Origin: Candidatus Enterousia sp.
Lineage (GTDB): Bacteria; Pseudomonadota; Alphaproteobacteria; Rs-D84
Direction of reading: 5' to 3'
DNA: 64,000 nucleotides
Assembly (NCBI GenBank): GCA_045592905.1
Contig: JAZNVR010000015.1
Span: 799-64,798, forward strand
Of this stretch, positions 7,614 to 15,843 are shown in pieces. Numbering within the stretch: the first letter of the stretch is position 1; every line of letters begins with the position of its first letter. The translations under genes were made by a program, and so were the position numbers. The notes below the pieces were generated by a model that saw only the letters and a list, made by a program, of their open reading frames with translations, had not been told where the DNA came from and searched no databases.

Positions 7614-7928
7614 TTATTTCAAATTTGTAATAAAATCTGGGAAACCAACGTCTTCATCATCTGTACCTTCTGTATTTTCCGTACTTTCTGTAACAGATGT
7701 TTCAATATCTTGAACAGATTTATCCTTAGGATCACGGGCACCGTCTATCTTTTCTTGCTCTGCACTAACAATACGACCATAATGTTCGGCCGCTTGCAAC
7801 AAGCGTTCACGTTCAATCTCATCCGAGATTTGACGAGCCTGATCAATGTATTGTTTTCTTTTTTGACGCCATTTATGGCAACGTTGAATCATCTGTCCAA
7901 CTGATGATTGATTTTTTTTATTTTGCAT
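7614..7928 (-). CDS. DUF4167-like small basic/acidic protein (alphaproteobacterial family)
   Basis: QYIDQARQISDEIERERLLQAAEHYGRIV matches the family core pattern Y..LARDA...GD...AE.YLQHAEHY.RI as I remember it. The N-terminus is basic and the tail is acidic. It is preferred over the antisense ORF 7602..7904. Confidence 0.6.
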   Translation of the reverse strand: MQNKKNQSSVGQMIQRCHKWRQKRKQYIDQARQISDEIERERLLQAAEHYGRIVSAEQEKIDGARDPKDKSVQDIETSVTESTENTEGTDDEDVGFPDFITNLK

Positions 7929-8084
7929 ATCTTTTCTTTTCTAAACAGGAAATAAACCTTTATGATAATACATCATAACATGATATATCATCAAACTTAA
8001 CAAACAGGATGTTAAATCATCTTAAAACCAATTGCAATAATTTTTTTCTGTTGCTATGCTGATATCAAGTAGGAGGGAGCCAAC

Positions 8085-9440
8085 TTGCACCAACAACGTG
8101 GGAATTTTTTATTGCAAGCATTACTGGCATTGGGATTGATATTTGCATTCGTGCCTTTCTTGGCACAACAATTATCAGAACAAAATATTGATACACGTAT
8201 GTATGCCACGACCAAACAAATTGAAACTGCACAAACAGCGGCCAGAATTTTTATTCGTGAAAACATTAATAATATACCATACGATACAACAATTATTTCT
8301 GGGGATGATTTTGCAGACGTACTTGAATCATACGGATTGCCGCTGGGATTTGTGCCACATACTGCAATGGGACAAGACATATCTTTAATAATACACAAAG
8401 ACCAATCTTTATTAACTGCATACCTGCAATTATCTGGCGGAAAACTAAATGGCATTCAACGTGCAGAACTAATTCGTCGTATTGGATTTTATGCTGCTGA
8501 AAATGGCGAAATGATTGATATTGGTATTGAATTACAAGATGCGTACTCTGATATTGTACGTCGCAATGAACCAGACATAGATAATAATGGTTTTTTATCT
8601 GATTTGAACATGAACAAGTTTTCTATTAATAACACAGGAAACATCAATGCGGTACGTGGCGAATTTGAAACATCTGAATACGACACATTGTCTGTATTTG
8701 GCGTAGAATCTGGACGCAAAGAAAAAAATAAGATATTAAATATTAACGCAGACAAAACTGTATTCCAAACAAAAACAGGGGAAGCAGCATTAACACTTAG
8801 CAGGGGAACATTGTATGCAGATAATGTATCCACAAAAACAATTTCTATGTTTGGTGACACCGGCCATTTTACAGCATTTGATGCCGCTGTTTATAATTTA
8901 TCTATGACCGCAGGACGTACAGCGTTTACAGGCCCCAAAGACTGGGAAGTTCGTGGTTCTGTTATATCAAACAATATCAATTTTAGCGTTGATAGACTTG
9001 ATATATATTCGCACTTGATGACAACACGTGGTCAAGACGTTTATGTTGACGAAGACACATTAACATACAGTTCGCATTCTGGTATTGAAACAAATAAAAT
9101 ATACACATCTAACATTACCATGCGGGATCAAATATCCAGTGCATTAAATTCCGGTATGACAGGGGCAGTAATATTAGACATTCGCCCTGCTGGAACATCT
9201 TTATTGCCAGATGTACTGGTTTCAGATATAAACAATGATGATTTCAGAATAATTGCCGACACAAAATCAGATGATGATACAGTAACTTCTTGCAAAGAAA
9301 TTATTCTGGATTTAGAAGGTGTATATAATAAAGAATCCTTGGCACAATATTTAATTTGCCAATACGTATATTGGCAAAGATTAGAAAAACGAATTGACAT
9401 AAAACAATGTTTGATGGCGGGACGTGATGATTGCATGTAA
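8085..9440 (+). CDS. Giant pilin-like protein 1 (451 aa): prepilin-type N-terminus plus large uncharacterised C-terminal region
   Basis: TTG start lies 8 nt after a strong SD AGGAGG (8071-8076). The N-terminus is MHQQRG|NFLLQALLALGLIFAFVPF. It shares the central motif LSDLNMNKFSINN with the next two ORFs. Confidence 0.65.
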   Translation: MHQQRGNFLLQALLALGLIFAFVPFLAQQLSEQNIDTRMYATTKQIETAQTAARIFIRENINNIPYDTTIISGDDFADVLESYGLPLGFVPHTAMGQDISLIIHKDQSLLTAYLQLSGGKLNGIQRAELIRRIGFYAAENGEMIDIGIELQDAYSDIVRRNEPDIDNNGFLSDLNMNKFSINNTGNINAVRGEFETSEYDTLSVFGVESGRKEKNKILNINADKTVFQTKTGEAALTLSRGTLYADNVSTKTISMFGDTGHFTAFDAAVYNLSMTAGRTAFTGPKDWEVRGSVISNNINFSVDRLDIYSHLMTTRGQDVYVDEDTLTYSSHSGIETNKIYTSNITMRDQISSALNSGMTGAVILDIRPAGTSLLPDVLVSDINNDDFRIIADTKSDDDTVTSCKEIILDLEGVYNKESLAQYLICQYVYWQRLEKRIDIKQCLMAGRDDCM

Positions 9441-10614
9441 AACAAAAATTTTCACAAATCAAAACACAGGTGCCAGCATAACAGAAGTTTTGTTGGCAAT
9501 GGCTATTATTGCCACTGCAGCCCCATTCGTATACAAACAAATCGCAAATACAAATCAAACATTACGTGATATTGCATTTGCCAAGGCAATCGTAAACACA
9601 CGTGACAGCGTGTTGAATTTTATTCGTATTAATCAAGATAAATGGCCAGAATCTGTCCAAATAAAATTAGATCAAAATGATTTGGATTCAATGAAAGTAA
9701 ATGCTGTTGCTGGGTTTATAGACAAATACCCAATTACAGACACATCTGTTACAGACGTATATCTGGCATTTAATATATCCAAATCTGATTTACAGGCAAA
9801 TAAAATCGCAAAACATATTGGTTCTGATGCTGCTGTCGTTTCAACAGATGGAATTGCATATGGAAACACGTGGGCTGTGACCGCACCAGACTTTGTACCA
9901 GGTGATATAATATATCGTATAACCAGAAACATCTCTGGCGAAGATACGTCAAAATATCTGCATCGTGCAACATCTGGCGAAGATGATTTTAATACAATGT
10001 TTCGTGATTTGAATATGGACAAACATAATATTCATAATATCGCAACTATTGTGGCACAATCTGCAAAAATAAAAAATGTAAATACTACATTTGTAAATTC
10101 AGATAATATTTCTGCAAATAATGTTTATTTTTCTGCTGGGGCAAATATCAGCGGGGAAAATGTTTCTTTTGGAGATTTGCGTATTTCTGGTGATATATAT
10201 GGTTTTAGAAATATATATGCAGATACACTAAACAATTCTGGATTCACAACAAATGGTCATATAATCGCAGACAGAGTTAATATATTAAACAGTATAAAAG
10301 TTGGTAATAATATTGTGTTAAAATCAGATTCTGCACGAACAATTTCTGGGTTTAATCATATTTCCACCAGCAATATTTCTGTTCCATTTATTTCCAGCGA
10401 AGAAATTATTTTTTATGATAATTTTGGTTTAACGATATCTGGTGAATTATTAATGTCTACATCAACACCATTCAGAATCGGCAACTGGTCTTTTCCATCA
10501 ACACGACCACCACAATTTACAAAATTTGATATCAGTCGTGCATCCAAACCAAATATGCCAAACCATAATGACTTTGATGCTGTAACAAAAACAGGATGGC
10601 AAAATACAAAATGA
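9427..10614 (+). CDS. Giant pilin-like protein 2 (about 395 aa)
   Basis: N-terminus MIACKTKIFTNQNTG|ASITEVLLAMAIIATAAPF has Glu at +5. It overlaps the end of the previous ORF (track start is GTG 9424; ATG 9427 fits the GGGA SD better). The C-terminal half is Asn/Ile/Ser-rich with roughly 11-residue periodicity. Confidence 0.65.
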   Translation: MIACKTKIFTNQNTGASITEVLLAMAIIATAAPFVYKQIANTNQTLRDIAFAKAIVNTRDSVLNFIRINQDKWPESVQIKLDQNDLDSMKVNAVAGFIDKYPITDTSVTDVYLAFNISKSDLQANKIAKHIGSDAAVVSTDGIAYGNTWAVTAPDFVPGDIIYRITRNISGEDTSKYLHRATSGEDDFNTMFRDLNMDKHNIHNIATIVAQSAKIKNVNTTFVNSDNISANNVYFSAGANISGENVSFGDLRISGDIYGFRNIYADTLNNSGFTTNGHIIADRVNILNSIKVGNNIVLKSDSARTISGFNHISTSNISVPFISSEEIIFYDNFGLTISGELLMSTSTPFRIGNWSFPSTRPPQFTKFDISRASKPNMPNHNDFDAVTKTGWQNTK

Positions 10615-11927
10615 ATATAAAACGTATATTTTTTTCTAGTCTGAAACATTCCAGCGGAAATATGTTGATAGAATTACTGCTAACTGTTGCGTTGGCAGTG
10701 GTTATTATACCGTTTATTTTTGAGTATCATCAAGACGCTGTAAAACGTGCAGAAAACATCGTGATAACAGAACAAATGTCCATAATAAAAAGTGCATTAG
10801 AACGACATATCGCCACAAATCGTGAAGAATTATTAAAGACTGTTGGCAGAAATATCACACGTGTTAATCTGCAAGACTTATCTGAATACGGTGTTCCAGA
10901 TACAATTATTGACCAAGGGCCAGACAAGTACCAAATCCGCATATTAAAAACAAATGATTCTGTTAATGGTGCAACACTTCAAGGAATAGTTGTTCGTGTT
11001 TCTGATGAAATTTCACCAATGCGAACACGTGAAATAGTGAAATTATCAGATGGTTCAATGGGATTTATTGATAACACACATGCATATGGCACGTTTGGAA
11101 CATGGCATACAGACACCGTTGATTTAGGTGTAAATATAAAACATGGAATCGTTGAAACAACCAATGTAAATCGTAACAACGCACTTTATTTATGGCGAAT
11201 TCCAACAAACAACCCAGACGATGCAAAAATGATGTCCGCACTAAATCTGGGGGGGCACGACATATTAAACACTCAAACATTAAATGCACAATTTGCTGAT
11301 TTTACCGAAGATATTTCTTCGCCAGAAATTGCGACATCTAATCTAATTTTTCAGACCAGAACCGCAATTGATACGACATACACCAGTAAATCAGGAACTG
11401 TTTCTGGAATGATGTCTTCTGATTCTAAAAATATGGAAGTATCCGGAATATTTTCATTGGCAGATACTGCAAAATTATCATCATTAACCACTGAAAATTT
11501 ATGGGTATCAAATCTTAATCTGTCCGGATTATCTGTTGATGCAGGCGATGATATTTCAACATTAAAAATAAACCAATCACTTGATATGACATCTGGACGT
11601 ATAGAGGCAATGTTTGTTAGTGTTGGTTTTACTGGTTCTGTTACACCACGGCTAATTGTATATAATAAAATAGAAGATTCTGTTAATTCTGATTATTTTT
11701 GGGATGCAGAATCCAAAACCGCAAAATTCGCAGACGCATCATTTGTTGAACTAAATCGTATGGCAACATTGGCCCATATTTCAGAAGCAGACAATAAAAC
11801 TTATTCTGGACAAATATTTGGTGCAGTTGCAGCAAATAAAAATGCAACAGTCGCTGATTTTATGAATGCAATCAAACAAATACAAAATAAAGTACAAGAA
11901 AAATATCAGAGTTTGCAATTACAATAA
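10596..11927 (+). CDS. Giant pilin-like protein 3 (about 440 aa)
   Basis: N-terminus ...SLKHSSG|NMLIELLLTVALAVVIIPF has Glu at +5. An alternative ATG at 10611 forms an ATGA overlap with the upstream stop. It shares the motif MSALNLGGHDILN with its paralogs. Confidence 0.65.
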   Translation: MAKYKMNIKRIFFSSLKHSSGNMLIELLLTVALAVVIIPFIFEYHQDAVKRAENIVITEQMSIIKSALERHIATNREELLKTVGRNITRVNLQDLSEYGVPDTIIDQGPDKYQIRILKTNDSVNGATLQGIVVRVSDEISPMRTREIVKLSDGSMGFIDNTHAYGTFGTWHTDTVDLGVNIKHGIVETTNVNRNNALYLWRIPTNNPDDAKMMSALNLGGHDILNTQTLNAQFADFTEDISSPEIATSNLIFQTRTAIDTTYTSKSGTVSGMMSSDSKNMEVSGIFSLADTAKLSSLTTENLWVSNLNLSGLSVDAGDDISTLKINQSLDMTSGRIEAMFVSVGFTGSVTPRLIVYNKIEDSVNSDYFWDAESKTAKFADASFVELNRMATLAHISEADNKTYSGQIFGAVAANKNATVADFMNAIKQIQNKVQEKYQSLQLQ

Positions 11928-11947
11928 TTTGTGATATATATATAACC

Positions 11948-12475
11948 ATGAAAATAAAATGCGACATTTGTAAAACAGAATTTAATATTGATACAGTTCC
12001 AACGACACCTGTAAAGTGTCCAATATGTGGCTATGTTTGGCGGGTTGAACAACAATCAAATAAAAATTCTTGGTTGATGTTTTTTGCATCATTATGTGCA
12101 TTGCTGTCTGCAATAATTTTTACTGTTGCTGTTATTACACAACATAAAATAAAACAAAATAAAACACCTGCGTTGGTTGCTGCTGTTGCAAGTGTTGAAA
12201 CAACAACAGATGACAAGGGAAATAAATTATTGGTCGTAAATGGCAGTATTACAAATACAACAGAACAAATATATGGTGTTCCAGATTTGCTAATTGTTTC
12301 TACTGACGATAAAAACAATGTGTTGGCGGTACAAAAGTTTATGCCAAAAACTCCTTTGTTGGATACTGGTGCAACAATGAAATTTAGCCATGTATTAAAT
12401 CCACAACCTGCAGGGGTAAAAAAAATATCTGCAAAACTGGCTGACTTTGAAACAACCAAGGAAGAAAACAAATGA
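11948..12475 (+). CDS. Zinc-ribbon (MJ0042-type) plus DUF3426-like membrane protein
   Basis: An N-terminal CxxC...CxxC ribbon (KCDICKTEF...KCPICGYVW) is followed by one TM segment. The C-terminal LLVVNGSITNTTEQIYGVPDLLIVSTDDKNNVL matches the DUF3426 pattern as I remember it. Confidence 0.6.
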   Translation: MKIKCDICKTEFNIDTVPTTPVKCPICGYVWRVEQQSNKNSWLMFFASLCALLSAIIFTVAVITQHKIKQNKTPALVAAVASVETTTDDKGNKLLVVNGSITNTTEQIYGVPDLLIVSTDDKNNVLAVQKFMPKTPLLDTGATMKFSHVLNPQPAGVKKISAKLADFETTKEENK

Positions 12476-12930
12476 AAAAGATACTGTTTTTATTGTTTAG
12501 TGTATTTTTTATAACTAATGTCGGTGCTGATGATTTATCACAACCACGCATCAGCATTTTTTCAACCAGCACAGATTGGCAGGCTGTAACAGGTTTAACT
12601 TTATCAGAATATCATGGAAAATTTATTCCTGATTCTAAATTAGTTGGACGTGGACTGGTACTGTATTATTTGGATGGATTTCCATGTTATGGTCTGGGCG
12701 AAGGCGTTCGTGCATGGATTGGTCCAAACGGACAAAATCACGAACATATACGCATCGCATGCGTTGCAAAGCCAACAGAAATAAAATTCGCATACCGCAA
12801 TGCAACACGTGATGCAGACGAAGATGTTACAACAGGAATTTTAATATGTCCAACATCTGGAAATGGTCGTGATATAACTATTGACTTGTCAGAATGTACC
12901 GTCGGACCGGATTGGAAAGAATATAAATAG
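12472..12930 (+). CDS. Hypothetical small secreted protein (152 aa)
   Basis: It starts in an ATGA overlap with the upstream stop. Signal peptide MKKILFLLFSVFFITNVGADDL is closely similar to that of the 2838..3326 protein. It has 4 Cys. Confidence 0.55.
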   Translation: MKKILFLLFSVFFITNVGADDLSQPRISIFSTSTDWQAVTGLTLSEYHGKFIPDSKLVGRGLVLYYLDGFPCYGLGEGVRAWIGPNGQNHEHIRIACVAKPTEIKFAYRNATRDADEDVTTGILICPTSGNGRDITIDLSECTVGPDWKEYK

Positions 12931-12938
12931 GCTTTATT

Positions 12939-13898
12939 ATGACAAGCATGCGACAATTTACCGTATCAGATATCAGCGAACCAATACGATTGGATAAATT
13001 TTTATCCGCACAATTGCCTGAATTTTCACGCAGCGAAATCCAAAAATTTAATGTATCCCGTAATAATATATCTGGGGTAAAATTCTCTGAAAAGGTTCGT
13101 AATGGCGATACAATTATTATAGAAATCCCAGAAATGCCATCTGATATCGCAACGGATAATATTTCAACTGATTTTGATTTGGATATTCTGTTTGAAGACG
13201 ACGATATTATTGTGATTAACAAACCTCGTGGTGTGGTAATGTATCCATCTGCCGGAAACAAAACAGGTACACTGGTACAAAATGTATTGGCACATACACA
13301 TTTGTCACTGTTGGGCGGAAATGTTCGTCCTGGGGTTGTTCACAGACTGGATAAAGACACCAGTGGTGTCATGGTTTTTGCTAAATCAGATGCAGCATAT
13401 CGTGGTTTAATAAAAACATTTTCCGAACACAAATTGACCAGAAAATATGTTACATTTGTGTGGGGGGTCCCAAATTGGGAAATTGCAGATATAACAGGCA
13501 ATATCGCACGCTCGTCCAGAAATCGTCAAAAAATGACTATGGTAAAAACCGGTGGCAAACCATCACATACAGAAGCAAGCGTAATAAACGTATGGCCACG
13601 TGTGGGAATTTCTCAAATGCGTTGTACATTATTCACAGGTCGTACACATCAAATACGTGTACACATGTCTGCACATGGATTCCCTGTATTATGCGATCCT
13701 TTGTATGGTCGTGCATCATCAAAACTGGGTTCTGTAAAAAATCCTGAATTGTTAGATTTTCTTAAAACACACGATGGGCAAATGTTACACGCAGAAGTAT
13801 TGGATTTCGCACATCCTGTTACGGGCGAACAAATGCATTTCAAATGTCGCATGCCAGACGATATGTCTGAATTAAAATATATTCTTGATGAAATTTAA
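12939..13898 (+). CDS. rluD: RluA-family 23S rRNA pseudouridine synthase (RluD-like) with S4 domain
   Basis: Catalytic motif HRLDKDTSGVMVFAKSD and TGRTHQIRVHM are present. The N-terminal region is S4-like. Confidence 0.8.
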   Translation: MTSMRQFTVSDISEPIRLDKFLSAQLPEFSRSEIQKFNVSRNNISGVKFSEKVRNGDTIIIEIPEMPSDIATDNISTDFDLDILFEDDDIIVINKPRGVVMYPSAGNKTGTLVQNVLAHTHLSLLGGNVRPGVVHRLDKDTSGVMVFAKSDAAYRGLIKTFSEHKLTRKYVTFVWGVPNWEIADITGNIARSSRNRQKMTMVKTGGKPSHTEASVINVWPRVGISQMRCTLFTGRTHQIRVHMSAHGFPVLCDPLYGRASSKLGSVKNPELLDFLKTHDGQMLHAEVLDFAHPVTGEQMHFKCRMPDDMSELKYILDEI

Positions 13899-15004
13899 TG
13901 TTTGTTCCTGGCATTATTTAGGCGTAATTGACCACACGCAGAACCAATATCTGTACCACGTTCACGTCTGATTCGTGTATGAATACCGTTTTTTATCAAT
14001 ATATCCTGAAATCTGTGAACAGCATTACCAGACGGTGATGCAAAATCACGTTCATCAACCGCATTCCATGGAATTAAATTCACCATGCAATTTTTACCAC
14101 TTAATAATTTAGATAACTGTTCTGCATATTCTGGCGTTGCATTATATAATACAGTTTCTTGGGTATCTTTATTATATTTACCCAATAAAATATATTCAAT
14201 CATTAACTGACGATTATGCAAATCAGTAAAACGCCATGCGGCATCCATAACATCACTTATTTTGTATTTGTTATTAATAGGCATAATTTGAGTACGCAAT
14301 TCATCTGTTGGTGCATGCAATGATATCGCTAAATTTATTGGACGACCCCATTGAATTAATTTTTCAATCCCCGGGACAATTCCGCACGTTGATACAGTTA
14401 TACGACGCCACCCAATGCCCATTTGGGAATTAGCACGTTCTATAAAATCAATTACATTTTCTGTATTTTGTAATGGTTCGCCTGTTCCCATAATTACAAT
14501 ATGCGAAACATCATTATTATTTGCATCGCCATTTGGGCGTACAGATTTTTCAGATGTTTTATCACCACGCAATTCCCATTGTGCAACCAATATTTGTGCA
14601 AATATTTCATTTGCAGTTAAATTTCTTTTTAATCCTAGTAATGTGCTGGCACAAAACTTGCATCCCATTGCACATCCTGCCTGAGAACTGACACAAACAC
14701 TGTTTCCATATGATGTACGCATCAATACGCACTCAATCTGTTCGCCATCGTTCAATTCTAATAAAAATTTTGTTGTTTCACCATCGGCAGATTCTAATTT
14801 ACGAACAATTCTGACAGGTAATGTTTGTGCAACAGAATCTAAATCCGAACGTAATTTTTCCGGAATGTTTTTCATAGAAAAAAAATCAGGTGCACCACGA
14901 TTTAACCAATCACGAATTTGCTTTGCACGAAAACGTGGTTGACCAAAATCTGTAATAAATTTTTCTAGTTGTGCATCTGTAAAATTAAATAAAACTTGTT
15001 TCAT
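13895..15004 (-). CDS. rlmN: Dual-specificity RNA methyltransferase RlmN (radical SAM)
   Basis: N-terminus FGQPRFRAKQIRDWL, CxxxCxxC cluster GCAMGCKFCAS, and C-terminal GTDIGSACGQL. Confidence 0.92.
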   Translation of the reverse strand: MKQVLFNFTDAQLEKFITDFGQPRFRAKQIRDWLNRGAPDFFSMKNIPEKLRSDLDSVAQTLPVRIVRKLESADGETTKFLLELNDGEQIECVLMRTSYGNSVCVSSQAGCAMGCKFCASTLLGLKRNLTANEIFAQILVAQWELRGDKTSEKSVRPNGDANNNDVSHIVIMGTGEPLQNTENVIDFIERANSQMGIGWRRITVSTCGIVPGIEKLIQWGRPINLAISLHAPTDELRTQIMPINNKYKISDVMDAAWRFTDLHNRQLMIEYILLGKYNKDTQETVLYNATPEYAEQLSKLLSGKNCMVNLIPWNAVDERDFASPSGNAVHRFQDILIKNGIHTRIRRERGTDIGSACGQLRLNNARNKH

Positions 15005-15822
15005 AATTTATATCTATCATCGTTGATAACAATTACTGCACGTCTGCGTAATTGTTTAAGTTGTTGATCTGCCAGAAACATTGCTTGTTTATACATTGCA
15101 TTCTGTTTAATTATTTCATCCAGATTTTTATATTCAGATGTTTTTTTAGTGCTACAAACCAATAACACACTGTCATCTTTTATTGGCGACCATGTTAACA
15201 GAGGTAACGTAACAACACGTTCACGAATATCTGCAGACAATTCATATTGTAATGCAGAAAATTTCTGTGGTACACCACCCAAATTTTCTGCAATCTTGAT
15301 TGCGTCATCACATGATTTTGGTTTTGTTAAATGTTTTGCAACATCATCTGGTATATCTGTCAGACGAACAATTGTCATTTCAACAGGCAAACCATGCGTT
15401 CTGGCCATATCATTTTTTTCAGACAACACATTTTCATCGCTGATATCAACAGTTGGTAATATAGTCCTGGCAACAACAATTTGCCATGCAATTTCAGCCT
15501 TAATCGCATTACGTGCCATTTCACGTTCAGATGCAGACATATCACCTAAATTCATCTTTTTCAATTCTTGGTCAACAACCTTGTCATCTGGTAATGCATT
15601 AAAATTTGCTGCATAAGTAATTTTAACATTATCATCAATAATATTTTGTAATGCAATACGACGATTATCAGTTGAGGTCTGTCCCTGACGTGCCATCAAT
15701 TTTGTGCGTGCTGTAATATCTGTATCTGTAATTGGCGTGCTATTTACACTGGCAACAACCGATGCCCCAAATGCAGGCAAAACACAAAACATTGAAAAAA
15801 ACATCATTACATGCTTTAACAT
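15001..15822 (-). CDS. SurA-like periplasmic chaperone (SurA N-terminal domain, degenerate parvulin-like C-terminus)
   Basis: It has a signal peptide and SVNSTPITDTDITARTK, and it sits directly downstream of lptD as in the conserved lptD-surA arrangement. Confidence 0.6.
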   Translation of the reverse strand: MLKHVMMFFSMFCVLPAFGASVVASVNSTPITDTDITARTKLMARQGQTSTDNRRIALQNIIDDNVKITYAANFNALPDDKVVDQELKKMNLGDMSASEREMARNAIKAEIAWQIVVARTILPTVDISDENVLSEKNDMARTHGLPVEMTIVRLTDIPDDVAKHLTKPKSCDDAIKIAENLGGVPQKFSALQYELSADIRERVVTLPLLTWSPIKDDSVLLVCSTKKTSEYKNLDEIIKQNAMYKQAMFLADQQLKQLRRRAVIVINDDRYKL

Positions 15823-15843
15823 ATATTCCTTCCTTTGTAATAA

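Noticed and set aside
7602-7904. 100-aa plus-strand ORF antisense to the DUF4167-like gene
   Set aside because: The minus-strand frame carries the recognisable AEHYGRI-type DUF4167 core and has a terminator after its stop. The plus-strand product is a Phe/Cys/Ile-rich shadow.
9903-9911. Internal TGATATAAT box inside giant pilin-like gene 2
   Set aside because: It lies mid-ORF with no downstream start codon or ORF to serve. I treat it as a chance occurrence, although an internal promoter cannot be excluded.
8054-12471. Minus-strand ORFs antisense to the pilin-like operon (8054..8455, 8489..8860, 9128..9445, 9301..9558, 9672..10022, 10413..10649, 12031..12471 and others)
   Set aside because: All are embedded in longer plus-strand ORFs that have an SD, coupling and prepilin motifs. 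Their products show no signal or motif and are typical shadows of AT-rich coding sequence.
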